The notes under the pieces: model-generated | The model's database searches: none | Seen by the model: only the letters and a program-made list of their open reading frames with translations | What the model was told of the DNA's origin: nothing | Position numbers and translations under genes: made by a program | Assembly (NCBI GenBank): GCA_018266215.1 | Contig: JAFEAV010000023.1 | Location: 760-64,759, forward strand | DNA from: Cyanobacteria bacterium SZAS LIN-3 | GTDB lineage: Bacteria; Cyanobacteriota; Vampirovibrionia; Obscuribacterales; Obscuribacteraceae | Direction of reading: 5' to 3' | DNA length: 64,000 nucleotides | Shown: positions 27,758 to 36,663 of the stretch, in pieces | How positions within the stretch are numbered: the first letter of the stretch is position 1 | How the letters are laid out: each line of letters opens with the position of its first letter

Positions 27758-29005
27758 ATGCCACCAGAAAGCAGCTTTATAAACCAGTTTGATCTCGAGA
27801 AGTCGTTGCGCTCCGAGCATGCCGCTCCGGACAAATCATCGACCGATGTCTCGCAGCGGCTGTTTCGTGAAGCTGAAATGATTGGCCTGGGAGTGGGTGG
27901 TGCCGTCGGTGATACGCTGCGCCACCCACTCAGTAAGTTGCCTGAGCTGTCTTCTTCGCTGGCTGTCGGCACCGCGCTCGGCGGTATTGCTCGACTGGGG
28001 GCTCCCGGACGTGTGATCGCCGCCGGTGTCGGCGGCGCCATGCTCGTCAAATTTGCTGTCGACGAATTGACCGGTAGCCGCTGGAGCAAGTTTGGCGCAG
28101 CGGTAAGTGATACCTGGCGCAGCGGCGAAAACAGGGATAAAAATATCGAGATCACCAGAAACAGCCTGGGCAGTTTTGTTGTCGATACTGCTGTGGCATC
28201 GGCCGGCATGAAGGTCGGTGCCTGGGCTACGGCTGCTTTTGCGCCAAAGGCTAAATTGCTTGATACCGCCATCAATCGCAGTGCCAGGGATAACGGTGCT
28301 GCCCTGTTGAGTTTGCAAAATCGCTTTGAAAATCCAGCTGTTTTCCAGCGACAGGCGGCCGGACAAATTGAGTTGATCACTCATAACGTACCGGCGGTCC
28401 CCGGTATGCCGCGGGGAGATTTGATCAGAGTGGCCAGGACGCCGGATGATAATATTTTGCTTGCTGCCATGGATGTTGAAGGTCACGGCATCAAGGCTGC
28501 GAAAAAGGCTGTGACTGTACACTCGGCTATTGATCAGGTTTTGCCTTCCACGTCTAATAAGACCGCCAGTGAGATTCTGGGACAGATTGACGAGAAACTG
28601 AGTTCCGCCGATGAGCTTTCCATCACTGCTGCTCTCATGCATTACAATCCCCGCACGCGCACGCTGCAGACGGCAACGGCCAGTTCTGAATTTGCTTTTT
28701 TGATCCGCGGTAATGGCACGGTGCATCAGCTGGACGCTAAAGTCGGCGGTCTGGCTCTGGGTGCGGATATGTACGGTCTGGCCGCCGGCGGCAACGAAAT
28801 TGTGCAACTGGCGCCGAAAGATACTGTGGTTATGGCCAGCGATGGGGTTTTTGATCGATTTGGCTATGGCAATGCCCAGGCTTTCGCCGCATTCCTGCAG
28901 AAGATGGGACCGAATCCGCAGAGAATTCGCCGGGCTATTCTTGAGACACCGCCTCCCGAGACTGGTATCGACGACAGCAGTTTTGTCATCTTTAGACCGC
29001 TGTGA
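27758..29005 (+). CDS. PP2C/SpoIIE-family Ser/Thr phosphatase with a Gly/Ala-rich hydrophobic N-terminal module
   Basis: 415 aa. Phosphatase blocks MDVEGHGIKAAK, VVMASDGVFDRFG and GIDDSSFVIF. The N-terminal ~170 aa are rich in G/A/V. Confidence 0.75.
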   Translation: MPPESSFINQFDLEKSLRSEHAAPDKSSTDVSQRLFREAEMIGLGVGGAVGDTLRHPLSKLPELSSSLAVGTALGGIARLGAPGRVIAAGVGGAMLVKFAVDELTGSRWSKFGAAVSDTWRSGENRDKNIEITRNSLGSFVVDTAVASAGMKVGAWATAAFAPKAKLLDTAINRSARDNGAALLSLQNRFENPAVFQRQAAGQIELITHNVPAVPGMPRGDLIRVARTPDDNILLAAMDVEGHGIKAAKKAVTVHSAIDQVLPSTSNKTASEILGQIDEKLSSADELSITAALMHYNPRTRTLQTATASSEFAFLIRGNGTVHQLDAKVGGLALGADMYGLAAGGNEIVQLAPKDTVVMASDGVFDRFGYGNAQAFAAFLQKMGPNPQRIRRAILETPPPETGIDDSSFVIFRPL

Positions 29006-29060
29006 AATAGCGTTTTAAATAGTAAGGGAGCCTCTTCCAAAGCTCCCGTGAGAAAAACTT

Positions 29061-29612
29061 TTACCAGCCATCGCGCCGATCATAGTACTGCCGGTGGTGG
29101 TTGAATCGACGATCGTCGTAATCGCGATCGTCGTCATCATAGTCGTGACGACGTTGCGGTTCGCGGTAGTACTGCTGTGGCTCGTAGTATCGAGGCGGCA
29201 CATAATACTGGGGAGGCGCATAGTATTGAGGAGGCGCATAGTACTGTGGCGGCGCGTAATAGAGGGGTGGTGGAGTGTAATAACGTTGTGGACCAACCAG
29301 GTCGTAGAGTATGGCACCGCCGATAATGGCGCCCCAGTTCGGGCCGCGCCCGCCGTTCCAGTGGACCTTTTCCACTTCGGCTGCGCCTGCTACGGGGAAT
29401 TGTCTGTCCGAGGTGTTTGTGGTCTGTACGAAGACCGCGTCTCGCACCGCGCCGCGGTCGTTGTCGCCGGTATGTACAGCTTCCGGGATCTTATTTGCCG
29501 CACCTTCCTTATGTAGTTGCAGCGCGTCGAAGGGAGAAAAATAATTTTGCCCGTCTTCGTTTGAATGTTGGCTCGCGTCAGCGACCTTCATCAGGTCTTC
29601 TCGGTTTGCCAT
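29061..29612 (-). CDS. Low-complexity protein with YY(A/V/E)PPQ hexapeptide repeats and an acidic/basic tail
   Basis: Start at MANRED, with GGAGG 7 nt upstream. GAIIGGAILY glycine-zipper-like segment, seven YYxPPx units, then RRHDYDDDDRDYDDRR. Confidence 0.6.
   Translation of the reverse strand: MANREDLMKVADASQHSNEDGQNYFSPFDALQLHKEGAANKIPEAVHTGDNDRGAVRDAVFVQTTNTSDRQFPVAGAAEVEKVHWNGGRGPNWGAIIGGAILYDLVGPQRYYTPPPLYYAPPQYYAPPQYYAPPQYYVPPRYYEPQQYYREPQRRHDYDDDDRDYDDRRFNHHRQYYDRRDGW
29154..29282 (-). repeat. In-frame 18-bp tandem repeat encoding YYTPPP/YYAPPQ x3/YYVPPR/YYEPQQ/YYREPQ
   Basis: Plus-strand units such as ggaggcgcatagtattga and ggaggcgcatagtactgt repeat back-to-back. Confidence 0.8.
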
Positions 29613-29826
29613 GGTCATTCCTCCGCCGTGCTGTGCATCTGTTTAAGACAATAGATCTCGCTTACTCACCGGTAACTGACGCAAGTCTGACTTTTTCCTG
29701 ACGGCCGGATTAAGACCTCCATGTCCAATCGGGCGAATCTAAATTCTTCAGACAATTAATCTCACTTTCACATGATTGTCAGGTGGCTGGGCTTAATATG
29801 GATACATTACTAGTCCGAGTCCGCAC

Positions 29827-30507
29827 ATGAAAATCGATAAAGACCCTGATTTGGCGCGTGGTTGTCCACCCTCCAGCGTGGTTGCCTCCGGCGTGTCTTC
29901 ATCCGACCTTCCGCCTCCGCTCAGCCTGGCGTGGGAGACGCACGAGCATCAGTGGAACGGCTTTGATAGCTGGAGTGCCAAGGTTGAGGATTATCTAAAA
30001 AGTGGTTTTGTGCAGCCGGTCTCCAAGCCCGGCTTTCATGAGGCGGTGCCGCATTTTCAGACTTTTGGCGCCGGAGCGCGTGCTGCGCTCAGTCAGTATG
30101 ATGATGGCGAAACAGTGGTGGTGGCCGGTCAGTTATACGGTGTTGCCGACCTGGCGGCAGCCTATCGACGACTGCGTGAAGAGACGGCTTTTGTCGTTCC
30201 CGATTGCTTGATGGTGGTCGATCCGCGGGTGCCCGGTAGAGCGTTTCTGGCGGTGGAAAAAATTGATTGCATCGATGGCAGTGCTCTTGAGTATCAGCTC
30301 ATGGGCGACACTTCCGATGATTGTCTGCGTCTGGTGTCTGAGATTCGGGAGCTAATCGGCCAGGCTAAGGAAGTGCTGCGGGGCGAGTTTTTCGTCAATC
30401 TGGATAATCCTGCCAGCTGGGGCCTGACGGCCGTGGGCGTGATCAGAGCCAAGCGTCGCTTGCCCCTGACCCAGTCGGATATTGTGATTTTGCAGCCGGT
30501 TCACTAA
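29827..30507 (+). CDS. Hypothetical protein
   Basis: 226-aa ORF convergent with the 1084-aa gene. No recognisable motif. Confidence 0.45.
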   Translation: MKIDKDPDLARGCPPSSVVASGVSSSDLPPPLSLAWETHEHQWNGFDSWSAKVEDYLKSGFVQPVSKPGFHEAVPHFQTFGAGARAALSQYDDGETVVVAGQLYGVADLAAAYRRLREETAFVVPDCLMVVDPRVPGRAFLAVEKIDCIDGSALEYQLMGDTSDDCLRLVSEIRELIGQAKEVLRGEFFVNLDNPASWGLTAVGVIRAKRRLPLTQSDIVILQPVH

Positions 30508-30597
30508 ATCGTTCGGTTTATGCAATCTCGGTCAGATTCTCGAAGTACAAAGTAATTGATGAAGTCTGCTAAACCGGCTCGCCGGCCAGGGAAGTAA

Positions 30598-33500
30598 TTA
30601 TCTGGCGCTGCTGCGGACGGGGGCGAAATTACCGGGCAGTGAGTTGTCTGTGCGGTGGTCGCGACGCATGAAATCTACAACCTGGGTGCGGATTTCGCGG
30701 GCCAGCTCCATCTGGCTGAGCTGAGTTGGGGTGGGTGTTTCGCCCGGCTTGATGTATGTGAGCGGCTGATTGTAGAAGGGGATATGGTCCCGGGCCGGAT
30801 CCAGGCCCTTGCTGTTTTTGAGCCAGGCGTCCATGTATGCTTTGAGGCTGCCGTTTTGTCTGTCGGTGACGCGGTTGAGGGCGGCCAGGTTCTGGTCCGC
30901 TATGCGCTGTCCCTGCGGGGTTAGCACGGTGTAGGCATCTTTGAAGCTGGCGTTGACCGAGTCGATTGAATTCCAGACAGTGGCGTCGGGGAAGAATGTT
31001 TCCGGTCCGCGGATAGCGACGATTTTGCTGGCACCGCCAGTGGTGCTGTAGTTGTCGGCGCCGTCGCCGTCGATGAGATTCTGGGCGATGCGTTTGCGGG
31101 ACAGCTGGACTTCTTTTTCAGCTGCGCTGAGAGATTTGAAGCGAGGATCGAAGGCCGGTTCGTAGGGAAGCACCCAGCGGTCGGTGCCGGAGAGGGCAAA
31201 TACTTTTTGCTCATCCGGGCTGAACTTGACCTGTTGCAGGCCATCGGCACCGGTGGTGCGCGGGGCGTCGGCGACATTGGCCAGCTGACGGATGCGCTTG
31301 ACGCCGTCGGGGCCGACTTCGGTCATGCCGTCCAGTACTGCTCTCATGTGATCGGCTTCCTGCGCCCCAATTTTGCCGGACTTGACCATGCCGTCCAGGG
31401 TGCCTGCTATTTTCATGTAATAGAGCTGGCCCATAAACTTGGGCGGTGCGATCTGGTGGGCGAGAATGGCTTCGATTATGCGCTCGGTGCGATCCTGGGG
31501 AAAGCCTTGCAGGCGCAGGCTGTGGTCGGCAGCCAGGGCGCCGTCCAGGTGGTGGGTGTGGAAATTAGGCACGGTGCCCTCGGGGGCAGGGGCGGAAAAT
31601 TTGACAGAGTCCGAATACATCGAAGCCAGCAGACTGTCTTCCAGGTCGTTGGCGCTCAGGCCTTTGGCTCGGCCTGCTTCCAACACTTTGGCTATTTCGC
31701 CCTGGGTGTGGATCCAGTTTACTTCCGGATCGGGATGCATACGGTCGCCCAGTCTGTAGGATGCCAGATGCTCTCTCACCAGGCCGAGGTTGCGCAGAAC
31801 GGTTTCTTTCTGTGTGGCGCTCAGATTTTTGTCCTGCATCAAACTCTCGTAGGCGCTGGTTGGTTTGCCGTCCGGACCTATAGCTTTGACGTCTTGCATT
31901 TCGCGCTGTACCTGGGCGCGCAGGGCTGTTCCTTCGCTGTCGCTAAGTGGTGCAAATTTGCTTTCGATTATTTCTCTGCGTGCCCGGGTTTCGGCTAGTC
32001 GGCGGCCATCAATATCGAGCGGCTCACCGTGGGTGGGCGGTCTTTCGCTAAGGGGCGACCGCTCTGCAATCGCCGGTCTTTCCATAGTCGCCGGTGCTTC
32101 GGCCCGGGCCAATCTTGTCGCGGCGCCGATGGTGCCGCTTATTACCCCGGCCAGCACGGCACCGGTTGCGCCACGCACTGCAGCCGTCTCGCCGATGCGG
32201 GCAAGATTTTCGCCAAATGATTTGTTGCCGTCCCATTTCGTCACGCCCTCTACTGTACCAGAGGCCGCTCCGCCCGCTGCTCCCGCGGCACTGTTGAGGG
32301 CTACTTCTGTACCGTAGGAGAAGGCAGCGCGCTCACCGGCGGCGAGGGTTTTGCCGCCCAGGCCCACCACGCGGGCGACCTGGGCCGGCCCGACCAGCAT
32401 GACCGCGGCATTGACTGCGCCGGTGGCGCCATCGGACAGCACCTGGCCGGCGCTGAAGCTGTAATCATCGCCCGCAATGGCTGCTTTGGTGCCTATTTTT
32501 ACCGCTGCTCCGCCGGCGCCGACTGCACCGAGCAGGGTCAAGCTGGCTCCGCCGGTGAAGGCGGCTCCGCCCACGCCTGCAACTATCAGGGTGCCGTCGA
32601 CCAAGGCATCGGCGGCTCCGTTTTTGGATTCTTTTAGCAGGTCCAGAGTGTGGTTCAGATTTTGCTGGTGGGCTTGCTGTCTTTCGGCTGTCAGTGTCGT
32701 ATTGGCGGCGGCGGCGCGAGCCATATCGGCGGCATACTGGTTGAGTTCATCGGTGCTCATGTCGGAGGTGCCGTCCCAGATGTTGCGCACGATGCTGCGA
32801 CCAATGCCGTCATTGCTTTTGTATTCTCTGTCGCGGGCGCTGTTGAAGGCTTCCCTGGCGTCTCCAGGCGCCGCCGGAGTAGGCTCTGAATTGCCTTTAG
32901 ATGCTGCGGCCGGTGCATTGTAGGTGCCTTTGATCTCGCCGTCCCATTTTGCCAGGTCGGCTTTGTTGCCGGCTGATTGCAGGGCTTCATGAATCTGACG
33001 ATAGTAGGTCAGGTCGGCCAGATCCTGCGCGCTGTGGGCGCCATTTTTTACCGCCTCTTCGCCGCGGGTGTATTGGGCCTTCTGCTCCGGGCTCATGCGG
33101 CTCAATGCGTGTTCAATGGCCTCGCGGTTGGAGGAAAAGATACCGGTGTTGTCGCGTATTTGAGTCTGCAGGCTCAGTCGGCCGCCGTTTACATAGTCCA
33201 TGGCGTGACGCACGTCGGCGTTTGAAAAAATGCCTGCGAAGGCTTCTTTTACACGGGCTTCACCGCCGGAGGCCAGGAATTTTTGTCTCGCTTCGGGGTT
33301 AGCATCGCGGAAGGCTTCTTCGAACATGTCCAGGTTGCCGGCACGCGTGCCAATCTCGGCCAGAGTCAGCGAATCTTCCGAACCGCGCCGGTCGGCGCCC
33401 TTGAGATAGACGCCGAGGGCCTGTCTGGTCTCGGTTGAAAGCTTGCTCTCGGCCATTAGAGACTCTTTCAGACCCTTGCCGTAAAGTGCTTTGTATTCTC

Positions 33501-33852
33501 TGTCGAGGGCGGCGATTTGCGTGGAGTTAAGGGTGGCGACGGTGTCACGCAGGTCCTTCTCTATGTTGTGCCTGGAGCGTCCGGTCCATTCATGCAACTC
33601 GGACAGACCGTCGTGCACCCGTCTGGCATCGCCGCTCGGGCGCTCCGCGCTAATGGTGGCGGCCGGCAGCAGGCCCCTTGTCTCCAGGGCGTGATTGGCG
33701 TGGCTGAGATCGCGTCCAATGACCGCACGCTGCAGCAGAATTTGCTGGTCTTGTAATGCCTGGCGCATATTCTCGCCGGCTAGACTGTTTGGTTCAGTTC
33801 TTTCTCTGTTTGCGTGGGCGAGGTTTTCAAACTGATTGCTGGCCATAATCAT
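30598..33852 (-). CDS. Very large multi-domain protein: annexin-like repeats, a Gly/Ala-rich hydrophobic core and a large C-terminal domain
   Basis: 1084 aa with no signal peptide. LNSTQIAALDREYKALYGKGLKESLMAESKLS matches the annexin repeat core. Residues ~415-585 are G/A/V-rich. The C-terminal domain has a degenerate HD-like pattern (IHTQGEIAKV...SMYSDSVKF...FHTHHLDG...AILAHQ). Confidence 0.7.
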   Translation of the reverse strand: MIMASNQFENLAHANRERTEPNSLAGENMRQALQDQQILLQRAVIGRDLSHANHALETRGLLPAATISAERPSGDARRVHDGLSELHEWTGRSRHNIEKDLRDTVATLNSTQIAALDREYKALYGKGLKESLMAESKLSTETRQALGVYLKGADRRGSEDSLTLAEIGTRAGNLDMFEEAFRDANPEARQKFLASGGEARVKEAFAGIFSNADVRHAMDYVNGGRLSLQTQIRDNTGIFSSNREAIEHALSRMSPEQKAQYTRGEEAVKNGAHSAQDLADLTYYRQIHEALQSAGNKADLAKWDGEIKGTYNAPAAASKGNSEPTPAAPGDAREAFNSARDREYKSNDGIGRSIVRNIWDGTSDMSTDELNQYAADMARAAAANTTLTAERQQAHQQNLNHTLDLLKESKNGAADALVDGTLIVAGVGGAAFTGGASLTLLGAVGAGGAAVKIGTKAAIAGDDYSFSAGQVLSDGATGAVNAAVMLVGPAQVARVVGLGGKTLAAGERAAFSYGTEVALNSAAGAAGGAASGTVEGVTKWDGNKSFGENLARIGETAAVRGATGAVLAGVISGTIGAATRLARAEAPATMERPAIAERSPLSERPPTHGEPLDIDGRRLAETRARREIIESKFAPLSDSEGTALRAQVQREMQDVKAIGPDGKPTSAYESLMQDKNLSATQKETVLRNLGLVREHLASYRLGDRMHPDPEVNWIHTQGEIAKVLEAGRAKGLSANDLEDSLLASMYSDSVKFSAPAPEGTVPNFHTHHLDGALAADHSLRLQGFPQDRTERIIEAILAHQIAPPKFMGQLYYMKIAGTLDGMVKSGKIGAQEADHMRAVLDGMTEVGPDGVKRIRQLANVADAPRTTGADGLQQVKFSPDEQKVFALSGTDRWVLPYEPAFDPRFKSLSAAEKEVQLSRKRIAQNLIDGDGADNYSTTGGASKIVAIRGPETFFPDATVWNSIDSVNASFKDAYTVLTPQGQRIADQNLAALNRVTDRQNGSLKAYMDAWLKNSKGLDPARDHIPFYNQPLTYIKPGETPTPTQLSQMELAREIRTQVVDFMRRDHRTDNSLPGNFAPVRSSAR

Positions 33853-34222
33853 AAACCTGTCTGGTAGTTGCTGGGCGGGACGCTCGCTTGACTACCTGAT
33901 AATAGGCTCAATGCTAGACTGATGAGTCTAGTCCGTACACTTAAGCAAGTGTTGGTTTGCTCGCTGCGGGCTAGCGCTAGCTGCGTGAGGTGGGCCCATG
34001 CATAAGCGCAAGTTTTGACCACGTAAATGTCCTCGTAATCATGGATCAAAAGCCTTTATATAGGCTTCTTCATAGACGTAAGTTCTAATGGTCTTCTTTA
34101 ACTCACCTATAACCGAATCTCTCAAGAAACCCCCGTTCTTACCGCCCATGCCTGCAATCGCTCTGTTCCTCAGGGGACACTGATGGCGGCTGGGTTCTTG
34201 TTCAACCCTGATAGGAACCACA

Positions 34223-35281
34223 ATGAACAAACTGTTCAACCTGCTACTGGTATTTGTCCCGCTCACCTTCGTCGCCTCCTATCTGCAGTGGTCGCCGCTG
34301 GCCGTGATGCTCATCGCCTGTATGGCCATCGTGCCGCTGGCGAAGATCATGGGGCAGGCGAGCGAACACGTGGCGCATCACACCGGTCCCACCGTCGGTG
34401 GTCTGGTCAGTGCGACGTTCGGCAATGCCTGTGAGCTGATCATCGCCTTGATCGCCCTCAACGCCGGTCTGGTCGAAGTCGTCAAAGCTTCCATCACCGG
34501 CTCGATCATCGCCAACCTCCTGCTCGTGCTTGGCGGCAGCTTCCTTGCCGGCGGCATCAAGCGCAGCGAGCAGAGCTTCAACAAGATGTGGGCCGCCACC
34601 GGCGTCACCATGCTCACCATCGCCAGCTTCGCCCTGATGCTCCCTGCCGCTCTGCACCACGTCGGTGGCCCGGACAGCCAGTTGCTCGATTCGAAAATGG
34701 CTCTGGCCATCTCGATCGTGCTCATGCTGCTCTATGCCTGTCAGCTCTTCTTCAGTCTCAAGACCCACAAGCACCAGCTTGGCGCGGTCGAAACGGCGGA
34801 AGACGCTGACGAGCCGACCACGAGCTGGAGCCTGAAGAAGTCCGCCTTTGTGCTGGCGGCTGTCACCGTCACCATCGTTTTCCTGAGCGAAAAGCTCGTG
34901 GGTAGCGTGGAAGCGGCGGCAGAAACGATCGGCATGACGAAGATCTTCGTCGGTCTGATCCTGCTGGCCATCGTCGGTAACGCCGCCGAGAACAGCACCG
35001 CCGTCATCATGGCCATGAAGAACAAGATGGACCTGTCGCTCAACATCGTGCTCGGCTCGAGTACGCAGATCGCCATGTTCGTCGCTCCGGTGGTCGTGAT
35101 TGCCAGCTTCATCATCGGCAAGCCGATGGACCTGGTTTTCTCCCAGGCGGAAATCCTGGCTGTGTTCGCCTCGGTGATCGTGGTCGGCCGTATCGTCCAT
35201 GACGGCAAGTCCAACTGGCTGGAAGGCGCAATGCTGCTGGGGCTCTATGCCATCCTGGGAGCGGCGTTCTTCTTCATCTGA
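34223..35281 (+). CDS. cax: Ca2+/H+ antiporter (CaCA/CAX family)
   Basis: 352 aa with about 11 TM helices. Both alpha-repeat signatures are present: GNACELIIAL and GNAAENSTAV. Confidence 0.85.
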   Translation: MNKLFNLLLVFVPLTFVASYLQWSPLAVMLIACMAIVPLAKIMGQASEHVAHHTGPTVGGLVSATFGNACELIIALIALNAGLVEVVKASITGSIIANLLLVLGGSFLAGGIKRSEQSFNKMWAATGVTMLTIASFALMLPAALHHVGGPDSQLLDSKMALAISIVLMLLYACQLFFSLKTHKHQLGAVETAEDADEPTTSWSLKKSAFVLAAVTVTIVFLSEKLVGSVEAAAETIGMTKIFVGLILLAIVGNAAENSTAVIMAMKNKMDLSLNIVLGSSTQIAMFVAPVVVIASFIIGKPMDLVFSQAEILAVFASVIVVGRIVHDGKSNWLEGAMLLGLYAILGAAFFFI

Positions 35282-35355
35282 GGCCCTTGGTCCGGGTGCT
35301 GTCACAACGGCTTCACTGCTGTTGTGGCAGCCCCGGACGCTGGTCTGGAAATCAG

Positions 35356-35396
35356 GAAAGCGGCATCTGTCGCCGCTTTCTCGATTTCCTTTTTTG
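35356..35396 (+). terminator. Probable terminator after cax
   Basis: gaaagcggc/atctgtc/gccgctttc followed by tcgatttcctttttt. Confidence 0.6.
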
Positions 35397-35445
35397 ACAT
35401 TTATACTATAGCAAGTCGTATAAATGCTGTGCCTGGCCGAGCCTG

Positions 35446-35474
35446 TAAACGAAAAGGACCGTCAAAGACGGCCC
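35446..35474 (-). terminator. Probable terminator of the minus-strand small membrane protein gene
   Basis: The minus strand reads gggccgtc/ttt/gacggtcc followed by ttttcgttt. Confidence 0.55.
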
Positions 35475-35513
35475 TTCTCTTACCCCGGATAAAACTTTCT
35501 TGGAGATGTTGCT

Positions 35514-35774
35514 TCAGTGCCCCATTGCCCCTGAATATGCAGCTGGTCTGCGCTGTATTTGTTTGAGCTGTTTGACTGTTTTCTTCACCACTTTGTAGAG
35601 CACCAGTCCCGTGGCGCCGGCCAGGAGGCCCGGCAGTACCGCTTCGAGAATAAAGGCGCTATCCGGCTGGTTGTAGGTGGAGATGGTGCCCAGGGTGGTA
35701 ACTGCCAGCCAGGGTAGCCCGAAGGCCGTCAGGCCATCATTGCGGCAGGAACATTCAGTGTTTGCTTTGCTCAT
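35514..35774 (-). CDS. Small membrane protein
   Basis: Start at MSKANTECS. 86 aa with two hydrophobic helices. Confidence 0.5.
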   Translation of the reverse strand: MSKANTECSCRNDGLTAFGLPWLAVTTLGTISTYNQPDSAFILEAVLPGLLAGATGLVLYKVVKKTVKQLKQIQRRPAAYSGAMGH

Positions 35775-35960
35775 CGTGGGGCACTCCGGTAAGAAACTGT
35801 GTTGCAACTAGACTTAATGGTCTAATATTACGATTGTCAGGAGGCGAATGCTCCCGTAGCAAACAGTTCTACAAGTGTTGGTTTTGTTAGATGACCCTGG
35901 ACCCAAAAGTCGAATCGCGGGCATATTATTGATATGGGTTGGTTCGTTTTGAGGTGCAGT

Positions 35961-36572
35961 ATGGCGGTTGATAGAAAAGTCGGCGGCGACAAGAAAAACA
36001 GCATCAAGCGCGCTGCCCTTAAACTCTTTCTGCGCAATGGATACGAAGGCACATCGGTCGATGATATAGCCTCGGATGCCGGTGTGGCCAAGCAGACCGT
36101 TTATTCGCACTTTCGCGATAAGGAGACCCTCTTCCGCACCCTGGTGGGTGATCTGGCAAATGGTCTGGAGTCGCCCAATCTCAGCAGCGCTGACCGGGAG
36201 CGCCTGTCTGTCCGCCAGTATCTGGAGCAAATTGCCGAGTCATATTTTGGCCAGCTCGATAGTCGTGAGTACTATTCATTTTTGCGTCTGATTGTGGCGG
36301 AGTCGGTGAAATTTCCCGGTCTGTCCGAACTTTATGTATACAAGGTAGTGGAACTGAACAATCAGATATTGACGACGTTTCTGGCGGCGAATAAAGAGCT
36401 GGAGTTCAAAGACCCCGCGGCCACCGCCAAGATTTTTCGCGGCGCGCTGGCCAGTCATGCCATGATTCAAAATGTGCTGATGCCTGATCGCCCGGTGCGA
36501 GTTGAAGACCGGGCTGCATTCATTGAAACATTGATAGATATGGTCATCGCCAGCGGTAAACCACGGCGCTAG
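35961..36572 (+). CDS. TetR/AcrR-family transcriptional regulator
   Basis: Start at MAVDRK, with a GAGGTG Shine-Dalgarno sequence. HTH block IKRAALKLFLRNGYEGTSVDDIASDAGVAKQTVYSHFRDKETLF. Confidence 0.85.
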   Translation: MAVDRKVGGDKKNSIKRAALKLFLRNGYEGTSVDDIASDAGVAKQTVYSHFRDKETLFRTLVGDLANGLESPNLSSADRERLSVRQYLEQIAESYFGQLDSREYYSFLRLIVAESVKFPGLSELYVYKVVELNNQILTTFLAANKELEFKDPAATAKIFRGALASHAMIQNVLMPDRPVRVEDRAAFIETLIDMVIASGKPRR

Positions 36573-36663
36573 ACTGGTGAGTCTATTTTAATTCGAATTT
36601 CATGCCGCAAGTGGGAATAAAGCTTCCCGGTCTGCGTTTAGAAGGATAGTTACTTCTGGAGGC

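Noticed and set aside
26713-28807. 299-aa (26713-27612) and 323-aa (27836-28807) minus-strand ORFs
   Set aside because: They are antisense to the HAD-like and PP2C genes, which have catalytic motifs and Shine-Dalgarno sequences. There is no motif or ribosome-binding site on the minus strand.
34244-35305. 353-aa minus-strand ORF
   Set aside because: It is exactly antisense to the CaCA antiporter gene, which carries both GNAxE alpha-repeat signatures. The product is a D/E/H/G/R-rich low-complexity sequence. It is a shadow ORF.
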